Source: Podarcis muralis | Lineage: Eukaryota | Direction of reading: 5' to 3' | DNA length: 64,000 bases | NCBI RefSeq assembly: GCF_964188315.1 | Contig: NC_135656.1 | Coordinates: 1,860,001-1,924,000, forward strand | Part shown: piece after piece, positions 1 to 13,209 of the stretch | Position numbering within the stretch: position 1 is the first letter of the stretch | How the letters are laid out: every line of letters starts with the position of its first letter | Translations under genes and position numbers: made by a program | Notes under the pieces: generated by a model | Databases searched by the model: none | Seen by the model: the letters and a program-made list of their open reading frames with translations, nothing else | What the model was told of the DNA's origin: nothing

Positions 1-981
1 ATTGTACCACTGTGTTTTTTTTCTTGTAAATTGCTCTGGGGTGTCTGTTTTGGGAAGCAACACATACCGTAAATTCAATAAACCAAACTCACTAGCCCTG
101 CTGCATACAAATGCCAGCCAGACTGGCAATTAGATCTTACAGCCTTGGTGATTGGACACCATCCCACATGACTAGCTGAAGTGCAAACCATGTGAGAAGC
201 CACTTGGAGATCTGTAAAGTGATATCCCAACATTGATGATTGTTATTAACTTTAAAGCAGTCTTAAGTTCATTTAAAGAAAGAGAAGGAAGAAGAGAAAG
301 AAAGGGGAAAGGAATGAAATGGGGGGGGGTGATGGGGAGCTGGGAGTGGGCATCATACTACAGGCTGGTAGTGGGTTAAAGTAGGGGTGGCAGTGGCAGC
401 AAAAGGTCCTGTGACACCTTAGAAATTAACCAATTTACCATGGCATGAGCATATCTTTAACCTGGTCTTTGGTACCTGAGATATGTATTTTAGGGCACAT
501 CCTATTTTTGTGATTGTAATTTGTTGTAAACAGTTTTTCATGTTGTATTTTAAATCGTGCCCTGGTAAACTAGACTGGTTTTTCAAACAGCTTGTGTCAT
601 AATTAATTAATTTATTCATCTTTTAAGATGCCACAAGAGTCACTGTTGTTTTCTGTCAGGTAGGTAATCCTTCCTATGAAGCAGCAGAGTCCGGGTTCTC
701 ATTATTTCTTTCGGGCTTTCTTTGTCAGCCTGGAGTGCATGGAACAAACTGCAATGGCACATGGGGACTGCAGCAATCCTGTACTCATTCACACAGAAGC
801 AAATCTCACTGAACTCCATGGGAATGGCTTCTGAGTATATATGCAAGATTGCACAGTAAGGTAAATCTAATTACCGTAGGTCAGACATATCAAATACTGC
901 AGATGCAGTAAAAGTAATCAGAAAGTTCCCCCCTTTAAAAAACCCAGTATTTGTATTGTTAATCAAATATATCAATATATA

Positions 982-1043
982 GTTAGTTAGTTAGTTGTTT
1001 AGTTGTTTAGTCGTGTCCGACTCTTCGTGACCCCATGGACCAG
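982..1043 (-). mobile_element. Second BovB 3'-end fragment
   Basis: Reverse complement of CATGGGGTCACGAAGAGTCGGACACGACTAAACAAC with a simple-repeat tail. Confidence 0.75.
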
Positions 1044-1343
1044 ATTCAGTGGTGTACAGAAGCTATGCAGTTATAATTCACAATAATTCAGAATTTTGAA
1101 ATAAAGGGCAGATTTAAACTGTTAGGGAAATTTCTATTTTATTTTTTAAAACCACATCCTTTCAATTCCCTAATTGATTCAGCGGGGCCTGTTTGGTCCC
1201 AGCACAGCCTAGAGGGGTGAAGCAACATCGTGATCATCTGCCAAGGCCTGAGCCATTATTGGGGTATATTGCCATCTAGTGACAGAGATCAGAAACACAG
1301 AACTGCAGAAACACAAAACTGCAAACGTCAGGCCCAAAGGATC

Positions 1344-1977
1344 TTGTTGTTTAGACTCTTCGTGACCCCATGGACCAGAGCATGGCAGGCACTCCTGTCT
1401 TCCACTGCCTCCTGCAGTTTGGTCAAACTCATGTTCGTAGTTTCGAGAACACTGTCCAACCATCTTGTCCTCTGTCGTCCCCTTCTCCTTGTGCCCTCCA
1501 TCTTTCCCAGCATCAGGGTCTTTCCCAGGGAGTCTTCGCTTCTCATGAGGTGGCCAAAGGATTGGAGCCTTAGTTTCATGATCTGTCCTTCCAGTGAGCA
1601 CTCAGGGCTGATTTCCTTAAGAATGGATAGGTTTGATCTTCTTGCAGTCCATTGGACTCTCAAGAGTCTCCTCCAGCACCAGAATTCAAAAGTATCAATT
1701 TGTTAGCAATCAGCCTTCTTTATGGTCCAGCTCTCAGTTCCATACATCACTACTGGGAAAACCATAGCTTTAAGTATACGGACCTTTGTCAGCAAAGTGA
1801 TATCTCTGCTTTTTAAGATGCTGTCTAGGTTTGTCATTGCTTTTCTCCCAAGAAGCAGGCGTCTTTTAATTTCGTGGCTGCTGTCACCATCTGCAGTGAT
1901 CATGGAGCCCAAGAAAGTAAAATCTCTCACTGCCTCCATTTCTTCCCCTTCTATTTGCCAGGAGGTGATGGCCATGA
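1344..1977 (-). mobile_element. BovB (RTE-clade LINE) 3' fragment, 5'-truncated
   Basis: Minus ORFs (ITSWQIEGEEMEAVRDFTFLGSMITADGDSSHEIKRRLLLGRKAM...; SLGKTLMLGKMEGTRRRGRQRTRWLD) match the BovB ORF C-terminus; one in-frame stop near 1703; CAA-type tail. Confidence 0.92.
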
Positions 1978-2895
1978 CCTCCTGGCAAATAGAAGGGGAA
2001 GAAATGGATCTAGACCCCTATATTATACAAGCATGTGACATAAAGCATCGCTTCACATTCCTGTCCCTCACTTGGATCCCAATTCTCCCAGACTTGCATT
2101 ACCTATTGTCACACCCTTGTTTTCTGCATTAATTCACCTGGTGTAATTAGTACCATTCCCCTGGTTTTGCTTTAAAATTGGTAACATGTTACTGAATTCC
2201 CCCATGTCATTTGTAGCATGGACTGGAGGAAACTGAAGAAAGGCATCTCTTTAAAAACAACTGTATAGATGTAAATCATAACTGTTGTCTTCTGAGTGTT
2301 CTAAAGGCTTTACACATATTATCTCATCAATGACTCCGTAAGGCAAATCTGAATTACTACTCTCCATATTTCAGTTGGAGGCAAAAGACTGAGAGATCAT
2401 TGCTTGCCCAACTAAACTCGGTACTTCCTGGCTAATAGAGCACTCTTTTAGCCGCACGTTAACCGTATCAGTCTTCATTCTGATTATTGTTTAACTACCC
2501 AATTATAAAGACACATTCATGTTGGGTGTGCACTAACATGCCTGCCTGCACATATAGGGTTTCTAGTTTTTATGTTTTCCTAAGGTGCCTAAGATCTGAC
2601 AGCCTGGCTGTGTTTGTCAGAGTACATAACTGTGTTTGTACCAGAGTACATAACAGGGCAAAATGCTGGTCTTGTCTGTGAAAACTCCATAGGTGCAGCT
2701 GATGCAGCCCTGGGAAATGCAGTCACAGGTTTTTGAGGGGTGGCCATCTGCCCTGAAGGAGCTCAGAGCTTCCCCCGCCCAGCCCAGCCCTGTCACCAGC
2801 TCAAGCCTCCAGCTGATCCCTGGGTCACATGCTGGAGGAGCTCTGTCATTCTCTCAACCCTGATCCCTTCGGGCACCACTCACTGCAGCTCAGCC

Positions 2896-3001
2896 ATGGC
2901 CAAGGCGGCTCCACGCACTGTGCTTATCACCGGCTGCTCCTCGGGCATCGGGCTGCGCATGGCTGTGCAACTGGCGCAGGACCCAAGCAAGCGATTTCAC
3001 G
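2896..3001 (+). CDS. RDH8: Retinol dehydrogenase 8, exon 1 (SDR family, TGxxxGxG cofactor motif)
   Basis: ATG in CAGCCATGG context; MAKAAPRTVLITGCSSGIGLRMAVQLAQDPSKRFH; phase-1 donor G|GTGAG at 3002. Matches the RDH8 N-terminus as I recall it (MAAAPRTVLISGCSSGIG). Confidence 0.93.
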
Positions 3002-3972
3002 GTGAGACTGGGGCATCCGCTAAGGGGGTTGGCGTGGAACTTGCTCGGGGGAGGATTGTGTGCTCTTTTTGGAATTCTGAAACTCTGGTGTGGGACCTCT
3101 TGCAGAGGAGCAAACCCACATGGAGGAAACGGGGTACCCACAAAGCTCTGCTGCACTGTTCAGCCCTGCAACTTGCAGGAAGGGACTGTGGAACCAGGGA
3201 GGGTGATAATCAGAGAGTTAAAAGAATGCAGCATGCTCTGCTTTTCTCCCTTGAGCCAGCCATTATTCTCAGGGCTCTGTTATGGTCTGGCAGCTAGAGC
3301 ATGCCGTCACACCCACCCTGGCATCTTCACGCCCAGGAAATGTGCCTGCCTGTGCTGCCCACTCAATCGGACGTCCCTTCGGTATTGCAGGAACTTTGCT
3401 ATATTCTCTGCCTGTTTCCCAGGATTTTCCCCCCAGCAGCTACACTTCCAGCCACCAACTCCTTTGCCCACTTCCCACCTCCACCTCCAAATCTCCCCCA
3501 ACCCACTGCTGCCCTATTTTCCACAGGCTAAGCAGAAACAAGCCATTCCTCTTTGCCCAACAGTTTGGCTGGACCCAGACACTGTCCAAAGGCCACTTGC
3601 ATAACAAACTACACATGACATGGGGGTAAGAATGTTACCAAAGCCCAGCTCTTCTCTGCCCCACCACCCCCACCCCTCTCCATTCCAGTCCCACCTACTT
3701 TGCTCTTTGCTTGCCATGGGAGGCAGAATCCTAATGAGAAGCCTCGTGCTGCTCACACAGTCCAGAGTTAAGTAACTAGATCAGGAAGGTGCTGAGTCCA
3801 AAGGGCATTAGGTAGAGAGTGTTCTGTTAGGTAAGGCACGATGGACTGACATACATTTGTATGTGCACAAACACCAGATATGTGCAGCAACGCAAACACT
3901 TGTGTGTTCAACAGCAGACACAAACATTGTTTGCCCAGTATGCACAGCTTTCCAAAACCACACGGCTTCTCT

Positions 3973-3978
<6 letters not shown>

Positions 3979-4045
<67 letters not shown>
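3979..4045. repeat. Compound microsatellite (CT)n(CA)n
   Basis: Direct reading. Confidence 0.97.
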
Positions 4046-4049
<4 letters not shown>

Positions 4050-6268
4050 TGCATCTACAACATGTCCCACTGGCAGAAATGTCACAAGGACAGACTTGCT
4101 AGATAAGGCTAAAACATTCATCTAGTCCAGCATACTGTTTATAGAAGCAGCCAATCTGGTGTTTCTGGAAGCTCAATAAAAGGGGCAGGGCAGGAGTGAT
4201 CATCCTCTTCTTGTCCATCCCCCCAAATCTATATTCTAAAGTCCACTGCCCCTATACATGTAGGCTCCATTTTGATATCATGGGCAATAGACATTAACAG
4301 ATCTATTCCCGCCTCCCCGTGAGTTTGAACAAGCCTTTATTAAGGCCATCTAAACTGGTGACAGTCACCTCATACATCATACACAACAAGAAAAGTATCA
4401 CATGTGGTGGCAGTGAGTCAACACAGCCTGCAATCGCATTGCACGTACATAAACACACTGTGGCGCTTGCTCCCCAGACTGAAAAACCTTATGAAACGCT
4501 CACACTTCCGATTGCAAATACAATCACAAATACCATTACCAAAAGAGTCTAGAGTTCTTTGCTAATTCCCTTTCCCCCCTTACATTCTGTGACAACAGAG
4601 AAATGCTCTATTGGATTAAATTACATGTGTGGAGGATATTAGCTCCCCTCACCCCAGTCTCTCTTAGCTATTGGAATACAGGAGGGAGAAGAGTAGGATT
4701 TTAAAGGATATTAGTAGGAGACAGATTGTTGGGGCAGGTGATTGGAGTCTTTGAAAAGCAAAGAGGAAGGTGGGCAAGGTAGATTAAGAAAGCTTCATCT
4801 GGGTAGCCTGATTACAACATTTAAAGCTGTTTGTCTACAATTGTGGGGTCTAGAAACTTGATTTTAAAAAAATAAAATAAAACCAATCCACCTGAATTGA
4901 GCACCGTAGGCCTCTGCTATGCAGGATGCTGCTTGAAACCAAACAAGAAGCTTTAGCCCTTTGCAATTTGAGGCCAGAATGAGAGAAAGCACAAAGAATC
5001 CTCACCTGCCAGCATAAAGCAAAGCTATGAATCAGGGTGTCAGCCTTGCAGCTTCCTTCCACATGCACTTAAGCAAACAACCCTCCCTTGACCTTCCTTA
5101 CTTCATCTGCAATGTGGAACAGGATCAGGCCTCACACCAGGTCAGGCTATTTGTTCATCTAACACAGTATTCTCTCTGCTCTTACTGGCAGCAGATTCCA
5201 GAGTCACAGGGAGACATTTTGCATCCTTCACACCTGTTTACCTGGTCCTTTAAAAACAAAACAAAAACTAGAGATGCCAGGGACTGAAATGGAGAACTTC
5301 TGAGTCCAAAGCATTGCTCTGTCCCTGGGCTATATCCCCTCCCCAAAGGGTATTAGCCGAGGGCAATGCCCAGTATGTCCTTGACCACCAAACTGCCAGA
5401 CTTTGGGTGGTGGGTAATAACACTAACCTACCCCTTGCAAGTTTGATGTAAGGATTACTGTAGCTGGGTTGATGCATGCATTGTGAACCCCCTGGATGTG
5501 TTATCTAAATGCTAAGTATTATACAGTTGTGTGCTGCAGCATATTTAGACCCGGGTTTGGGGGGCTGTGGGCTCTCCAGGAGCTATTGGATGGTTCTGGA
5601 GGGTTCTCTGCCCTTTATATATGCTAAGTGCTCTTGTTACATAACTCCCCATCCATGGTGTGTCTGTGTGTTTTGTGGTTGATATTCATTATCCTCATCA
5701 TTATTTCTCAAAGAGAGGCACACACAAAACCACATGTATAAAATCCAAGCATAAGCATAGAAAAACATAAGTGCACACACATGTTGCTAGTAGTCTTGGC
5801 AACAAAGTATTCCTCTCCCCCCACCTTCCCTCCACAGAGGGGATTAACGACAGAGGGATTTAGCATCATGACCCCAAAGCGGCTTACAATGCATGAATCC
5901 TCAATTGCCCTCTTGACCCCTAGCAAAAAAGCTCACATTCCCTACCTCTGAGCTAGCCAATTGGCTCCCTGGGCCACACAGGTGTCAGGCTATGTAACAG
6001 CAAACTGACTTTGAGGAGGCGGGGGAGCATGTCTATGAGCTGCTGGACCGCCCCTCCCCCCTGTGAGTTCTTTCTGAACTGGAGAAGCTTCAGGGTTCCT
6101 GACCCACTCTTCTCAAGATGTTCAGTTTTCATTAAAATGCATTCAAGTCTCTAGTCCTTGTAGGGATCTGATTAAATGCATACAGGCTTTTTTCCACATG
6201 ATTGCTCAGTTAAAAGCAAAGCTGCTGCTGGTTTTCAGTGCTCTGTCCAATGAGTGCAAAGCTCTTGG

Positions 6269-6270
<2 letters not shown>

Positions 6271-6300
<30 letters not shown>
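6271..6300. repeat. (AC)15 microsatellite
   Basis: Direct reading. Confidence 0.97.
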
Positions 6301-6303
<3 letters not shown>

Positions 6304-6455
6304 AGAATACTAATTTAAACCTGTGGGGTTAGATGTATGTTACTATGCACACTTTGGCAGTTTTTCGTGGACATGATGTTCCTCCAATCTACTCTGAATG
6401 CATCTCAGCACCACAGAACATTTGGCTATGCTCCTGTGCACTGTCTCCCTTCCAG

Positions 6456-6617
6456 TCATTGCCACCATGCGCGACCTGCGCAAGAAGGACAAGCTGGAGG
6501 CAGCTGCTGGGGACACACTCAACAAGACCCTCAGCATCCAGCGCCTTGATGTCTGCAATGATGAGTCTGTGGCTGAGTGCATCAACAGCCTTCCTGAGAA
6601 ACGACTGGATGTTCTGG
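6456..6617 (+). CDS. RDH8: RDH8 exon 2
   Basis: Acceptor CTCCCTTCCAG, donor G|GTAAG, 162 nt; (V)IATMRDLRKKDKLEAAAGDTLNKTLSIQRLDVCNDESVAECINSLPEKRLDVL. Confidence 0.93.
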
Positions 6618-8621
6618 GTAAGGTGCAGCCAGGGGGAACTCCTTTATCCTATGGCAGGGGTGGCCAACTCCTGAGGGACTTTCAGAATTAAAATCTGGCA
6701 GTGATCTACCCCGTTTTATGCCCATTCTGTTGGGGTTCCGTTTTGGGGGCGGGGAGACTTTTAAGGGGAAAGGGGATTGTTGGTCGCTCACCAAAACAGC
6801 GCTGTGGAAGCATTTGGCCTCACAGCAAAATCTCCGTCTTCCGTTACAGAGCTCAGGAGAAATCCAGGCAGGGGTGCTCTTAGGCAAAAAGCAAAGGAAA
6901 ATGAGCCCGCGGTCAACAGCGATCTACTGTGGTGAGGAAAGGAAGGTGCTAAAGGGAATTCAGCCGAGGGTGCTTTCTACTCTATTAAGTGCGTGCCCCA
7001 CCACATCTTCTCTCCTGAAGCTTAATTACTCGTGCAGGTTTCATAAGCAGGTTTTATTCAGCTCTTGAAGGGCAGGCATTTTCTCTGCCCAAGAGAAAGA
7101 CGGGAGAAGCCCCTCTGGTAGGCAGGAGTTGCCTTCTCTGCAGCTTTCATCCTCAAGCGCAGCACTTCACTGCTGCTCATGGGGGTGGTTGTCTGCCACA
7201 CACTTACAAAGAAGAAAGCAAAGGGGCATGCTGCGGGGAGGAGGCTAAATATGATCCCTGCCCTTGGTGCCCCCCTCCCACCCACCACTGAGAATCCAGC
7301 CTGCTCCTTTCTGCGCATGCCCCCCCCCCGTCATTGGTTCTCCCTCTTGGTCACTCTAGAGCAGGGGCTGGGGAAGCTTCTTCAGCCTTCTGAAGGGCGT
7401 ATGAATGTGGTGAGTGGAGCTGGAGGCCAAAAATGGGCAGAGCAAGGAACATGATCCTTATCATTGTACCTTAGGCTGCATTCAAGACACATGGAAACCA
7501 AAGCCACATGCACACACAGCTCCATCCTTCACCCAGGGAGCAAACTGTACTATCACAGCTCAGGGACACATTCCAACTAAGCAATAAAAGCATAAATTAA
7601 CTGCAGTTGATCCAGTTTGTAGATCAGGGTGCTCAATCCACTATCCTACTAAAATAGCTTATTGTTTTTGTTTCTGTTTCCCATTTTTACATGTTGGTTT
7701 GTGTTTTCAGTTCAATGTGCTCAGGACCTTTCTCAGATCCTTAAATGTGTATGTTTCACAAGCACAGAAACTACTTTCAAGTGAGGTAAAACAATGAGTA
7801 GATAATGGTGCCCATAGCCTTGCTTCCAAGGAGAGTCAAAATCCAGGGAGCTCTGTTATTTATTAGATAAACAGGCAGGCATGCGCGCACGCACACACAC
7901 ACACAGCACATGGCATAATATGGTACCTAGTTTATGAGAATGTACTAAAATAAGCTGACAGCTGCAGTGTAGGACTTCCTCTGTGCGAATCTGTCACAAA
8001 CAATGGTAAAACCTGAGAGCCCTGTTATCACTGCATTCAACTGCCAGAATAAGAAGGGTCTATCTATTATCCTGGTGCTGTGGTAAATGGTGTTGTCATT
8101 GCCCTCAATGACATCCCCCTCTACTACACTACAGGTAGGAAAGCTGCAAAGGAAATTTGAGAGGTTCCTACCGGGCTGTGATATATCAGCAGCAAATTCA
8201 CACACTCTCTCTCTGTCCAAAATGGGCCCTCTGTCATCCGTCATGGCCTAGTCCCTTTTGTCATGTCTAAGAAGAGTGGGGTGCATTGTATTTGCAGTTG
8301 CTAGGTACAGCTGTGATGATGAGATGCTGTGGTTGCCTAGCAACCACAATGTTTCCCATGGGGAGAGGCCATTTTGTATATACCAAGTACATGCTTGGGA
8401 TACTAATTGTCCCAGGCTCTATCCCCTGTCCTCAGGCCTAACAAAGTGTCCACAACAGAGTTAGAGCATTCACACATCTATCTCTAACATCCCTTCCCCA
8501 ACCTGGTGCCCCCCCCCCCACATATTGTTAAATGGCACTTGTCATCATCTCTGACTGCTGGCCATGCTGGCAGGGACTCATGGAAGTTGTAGTCCAAAAC
8601 AGCTGGAGGACGTAATGTTGG

Positions 8622-9241
8622 GCTAATCCGCAGGAAGAAATGCAATTCTGGGCTGCATCAATAGGAGTATAGCATCTAGATCAAGGGAAGTAATAGTGCC
8701 ACTGTATTCTGCTCTGGTCAGACCTCACCTGGAGTACTGTGTCCAGTTCTGGGCACCACAGTTCAAGAAGGACACTGACAAACTGGAACGTGTCCAGAGG
8801 AGGGCAACCAAAATGGTCAAAGGCCTGGAAACGATGCCTTATGAGGAACGGCTAAGGGAGCTGGGCATGTTTAGCCTGGAGAAGAGGAGGTTAAGGGGTG
8901 ATATGATAGCCATGTTCAAATATATAAAAGGATGTCACATAGAGGAGGGAGAAAGGTTGTTTTCTGCTGCTCCAGAGAAGCGGACACGGAGCAATGGATC
9001 CAAACTACAAGAAAGAAGATTCCACCTAAACATTAGGAAGAACTTCCTGACAGTAAGAGCTGTTCGACAGTGGAATTTGCTGCCAAGGAGTGTGGTGGAG
9101 TCTCCTTCTTTGGAGGTCTTTCAGCAGAGGCTTGACAACCATATGTCAGGAGTGCTCTGATGGTGTTTCCTCCTTGGCAGGGGGTTGGACTCGATGGCCC
9201 TTGTGGTCTATTCCAACTCTATGATTCTATGATTCTATGAA
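8622..9241 (+). mobile_element. CR1 LINE 3' fragment in RDH8 intron 2
   Basis: [23 protein letters not shown]...[11 protein letters not shown]-like CR1 RT C-terminus; (ATTCTATG)n tail. Confidence 0.93.
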
Positions 9242-9450
9242 ATGACAGCCATTGATTGAGCATTGCCGGGGGGCGGGGGAAGAGCTCCTCTTAGGAGGAG
9301 AATACGGAGAGGCATGATGAAACCAGGGGTGGAAATGAAGTGGGGACTTCCATTCCTGTCCAGACAACGCTCTGGCAGGATGGGAAGCTATGCTGGCAGG
9401 AGATTAATGGAACATAGATATTTCTTAATATCATAATTTATGTTCCCCAG

Positions 9451-9630
9451 TGAACAATGCCGGTGTGGGGCTCGTTGGGCCTGTAGAGTCCATTTCCATC
9501 GATGACATGAAGCGCATCTTTGAGACCAACTTCTTTGGTGCCATCCGCATGATCAAAGCTGTTCTCCCTGAAATGAAGCAAAGACGGAGAGGACACATTG
9601 TAGTTATCAGCAGTGTCATGGGATTGCAAG
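9451..9630 (+). CDS. RDH8: RDH8 exon 3 (NNAG motif, catalytic Ser)
   Basis: Acceptor TTCCCCAG, donor AG|GTATGA, 180 nt; (V)NNAGVGLVGPVESIS...GHIVVISSVMGLQ. Confidence 0.94.
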
Positions 9631-10694
9631 GTATGAACGGAATAGGGAGGGCAGGAGGAAGCAGAGCAAAGATATCCAAACTGATACAACCTCAAAGCCT
9701 TGGCTTAGCTCTGTACCTCTGTAGCCAAAGAGACCTCATGGCCCCACAGATCAGTTCTCTGTCAGCAGTAGTGAAACTCCCAGAAGTGATAGGGAGCATG
9801 CAGGATCTTTCATTTGAGATAGGAATGAGTTGGAATGAGTTTTGGAACACCAAGTTCTACCTCAAAAATTTAGAAAAGAAATCTGAACTTTTTCTCAGAT
9901 GAAATGTTGGGTCTCATTTTCCTGGATCTATGCCTATCTGTGACAAACTTTCAGCATTAAGGATCTGACTTTTTTGGTTTTTTTTTAAGCATGTCACGAA
10001 GCTCTAATCTTCAGTTCTGGAAATTGCTTTGTTCTGGCAGATGTGGATTCTAGGGTACATACACACATTTTCCAATATAATATGCAATCCTGCTTTGATT
10101 GTTAGTTTGTATTTATTCCTTGGTGCAACACATCCAAGTGTCACAACCATTAATATTCCTCAAGCCCCTAAGTACTGTCCCAGTTAAGCTGTTCCTCTGT
10201 GTTACTTAGGCCTGGATTGAATGCAGGAGGAGGTGGGGGACAGGAGGAGCACATGCCTCAGGTGACAGGTGGAAGGGGTGCCAAACGGCAAGGAGAGAGG
10301 TGTGTCATGGCTGTGCACACACTTAGTGAATCCATACATTCCAGCCAGGGTCCACTTATTGGAAGAGAAAAGTCTTCCTCCTTGCAATCCCCAGGAAGAG
10401 GAAGGCAAGAAGCTGCAGTGGCTGCAAGAGGATGACAACCATAACAGTGAGAAAGAGTTTCTCCCCATAGTCCCCAGTCCCTCCACCACCACTGCCAGCC
10501 ATCTCCACCACAGCCGCTCATCTTCCTCTTCCTGGGGCGAGCAAGGAGGTGGGCTGGTCAAGTTGAAGGCTAGGGCAAAATTTGTATAGCTGGCTCTGGC
10601 CTTACCATTTCTGTTTTATCAAGAATGTAGCAACCTGTGGAGCAGTGTGCTATGATGGTATGCTCACCTCAAATCCCTTCTGCTTTCCAACCAG

Positions 10695-10788
10695 GTGTCC
10701 CCTTCAATGATGTGTATGCTGCCTCCAAGTTTGCCATGGAAGGTTTCTGTGAAAGCCTAGCTGTGCAACTCCTCAAATTCAACATTTT
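10695..10788 (+). CDS. RDH8: RDH8 exon 4 (YxxxK catalytic motif)
   Basis: Acceptor TTCCAACCAG, donor TT|GTGAGT, 94 nt; (G)[30 protein letters not shown]. Not in the ORF track; translated by hand. Confidence 0.93.
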
Positions 10789-11670
10789 GTGAGTTGAGTG
10801 AGCGACATGAAGGCAGATCTCAAAGAGCTTAAATTCTTCTACCCAGTTTAGTGAAACTGGAAGGGATTTGCACAAGCAACGTCCTTCCCCGAAACATTAG
10901 GGAAAGGTACACTCAGATAGAAACAGAGATGGGCCCAGTTCACACACCATATTAAATCACAGTTTAAAACAAAGATGACACCTCCTGGATCAGGCCAATG
11001 GCCCATCTTGTCCAGCATCCTGTTGAGTCTTATGCTGAGGTCTGTCTGTTTTTTGCTATTTTGCACTTTTGTTTTTGTGGCTCTTTTTGTGTGTGACTGT
11101 GTGGAACCCAGTTCAGCTACTGATTGATTGTGTGACTGCAGTACATTGTTTATTGCTTTCATTTTATGGATCAATGGTCTCGTTATGCTGTAAACAAAAA
11201 TTGTCCTTTTCCCTTATGGGGTATCCAAGAGCCCATATAGAGTCCTTACATAGATAGTAAAATTCATGTTAAATTGCTGTTTTAGGGGTTGTTTTTAAAA
11301 GTCTGGAATGGATTCATCCATTTTGCATTACTTTCTATGGGAAAGTGCACCTTGGTTTTGGAACACTTTGGCTTTGGAACGGACTTCCGGAACGGATTAT
11401 GTTTGAAAACCAAGGTACCACTGTGTATATAAATAATAGATCTCATGTTGATCTCAATGGCAGAGCTAAGTCCCATTCATGGAGGCCTTTATACTGTATA
11501 TCTAAAATGAACATTAATTCAAGGAAATTTCCCTGGGGCAATTAAGCAGGGAAGGGCACAGGGGCCCTGGCCATTTCCTTCCAACTTTAGGCATCTGATG
11601 TGAAGATCCCAGGCCCAAATGCTGCCTCATTTTCTCTCTCTTGCTCTCTTTCAATCCCTCTTCTACACAG

Positions 11671-11854
11671 CATCTCCATGGTAGAGCCTGGTCCAGTCAA
11701 CACAGAATTTGAGATGAAACTGATGGAGGAAGTGGCCCGCTCTGAGTTCCCGGGAGCCGATGCTGCCACCGTGCGGTACTTCAAGGAGGTCTATCTTCCG
11801 GCCTCCCATGAGATATTCACCACCATGGGCCAGACCCCTGAGTATGTGGCTAAG
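11671..11854 (+). CDS. RDH8: RDH8 exon 5
   Basis: Acceptor TTCTACACAG, donor AAG|GTAGGG, 184 nt; ISMVEPGPVNTEFEMKL...QTPEYVAK. Confidence 0.93.
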
Positions 11855-12028
11855 GTAGGGGTCACCCTCATGAGTGACGTAGGAAAGCTTTAAAGCCAGT
11901 AGTTCTTCTACAGCCTCCCTGACAGATTTCACCTCACCGGACTGAGTTGTTTGCATAAGACAAAGCAGGAACTGGCCACTTCCAGTGTTCCACACTGGCA
12001 TCCATTGCTCCCTCCTTCTCTAGCCTGC

Positions 12029-12471
12029 TGTCAGGAATCCAGCACAGGGAGCGTAGTTAAGTAGAAATGGTGATTTATTGACCAAGTACACAGATAACGC
12101 CAGACGGCATTAACCCAGCTGCCGCCATCATGAATTGCGATGACTCGTGCTGAGTCCCTCTCCTTCCTCCAACTTAAATTGGACCCTGAAGTTTCTGCTT
12201 CTGCCTCCTATCACACACCCTTCCCCAGTGGGACTCCCTCCGTGGGCTCATTGGATCCCCTCCAACTTCTTCCTGAAAAGACAGCCTGTCAATCTTCTCT
12301 TCCTCTCCTTTTCCCTCCCCTTGAGAGACCTGGGCAGATCCTAGGTGGATCTGCATTCCTGAGGGTGGGGAAGTTGGTGCTCAGCTAGGCTCCTCTCTTC
12401 TGATAGTTAACCCTCTCTCTTCCTTCCTACTTCCTCCACTGAAAGCTGGCTGGGCTGGCTCAGTCGTGATA
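12029..12471 (-). mobile_element. Solo LTR in RDH8 intron 5
   Basis: TGTCA...TGATA ends (one substitution from TGACA); 5-bp TSD CCTGC at 12024-12028 and 12472-12476; AATAAA on the minus strand at 12074-12079. Confidence 0.62.
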
Positions 12472-13209
12472 CCTGCTCTGTCCTGTAATGCATACTCAGA
12501 CCCATTTGACAGAGTGAGGCAGCTGCCTCAGGTGGCAAATGCTGAATGGTGGGGAGTGATGGCAAGGTGTTGGGAGGACAGAGCTGTGCAGGCCACACAT
12601 GGCCTTCCCTGTCCCACTCAGTTCCCCTGTTCCCGTCAGATGCAGTGGAGGATGTTGTCCTGCCCCTATAGTGTTGAAGTTAAGATTCAACCACCAGTCC
12701 ACCTGACTTCTGTACATGGAATTGGGAGGAGCATCATCTTCTTCTTCACCTCAGACAGCAAAATGCCTTGATCCAGCTCAGGCTACTATTTGCTTCTTTT
12801 AAACTTTATTTCTCACTTTTCACCATGTAAGTCTCAAAGTGACATACTATGAGAAAATACACAACATACAGGATTTAAAACATGAATTAAGCTTCCAGAA
12901 ATTTAAACCTCATAATTTAAAATATATTTTTAATAAGTTTTGTTTTTTAAATCATCCAAGAAGCATTCAAGGTGCAAAGGCATCCAGAAATAAACTGGTT
13001 TTGACCAAGCATCTGAAACTCAGTAAGTAGGGACGGTGCCTGTTTAACTTCTTGTGGGAGAGAGTTGCAATCAAACAGGTCAGCTTGGGATGTCATGGCC
13101 TCCATGACAACCCTGAGGCTGCGTCAGTATATCAGCCACACCCTCAACCTCATCTTTGCCACAGAGCAGACCTTGATGGCTGGGGCAGGGTGGGGAGCTG
13201 CTTGCTTTG

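Noticed and set aside
2740-3297. 185-aa ORF extending RDH8 exon 1 in both directions
   Set aside because: It begins at GTG and runs through a consensus donor into intron 1. Homology starts at ATG 2896.
4588-4990. Possible further LTRs (starting TGTGACA at 4588 and TGTCACA at 10139)
   Set aside because: I could not find a matching terminus with a TSD.
2300-6400. CRX-type TAATC/GATTA motifs around the RDH8 promoter and intron 1
   Set aside because: Short AT-rich motifs with no clear clustering above chance; conservation data would be needed.
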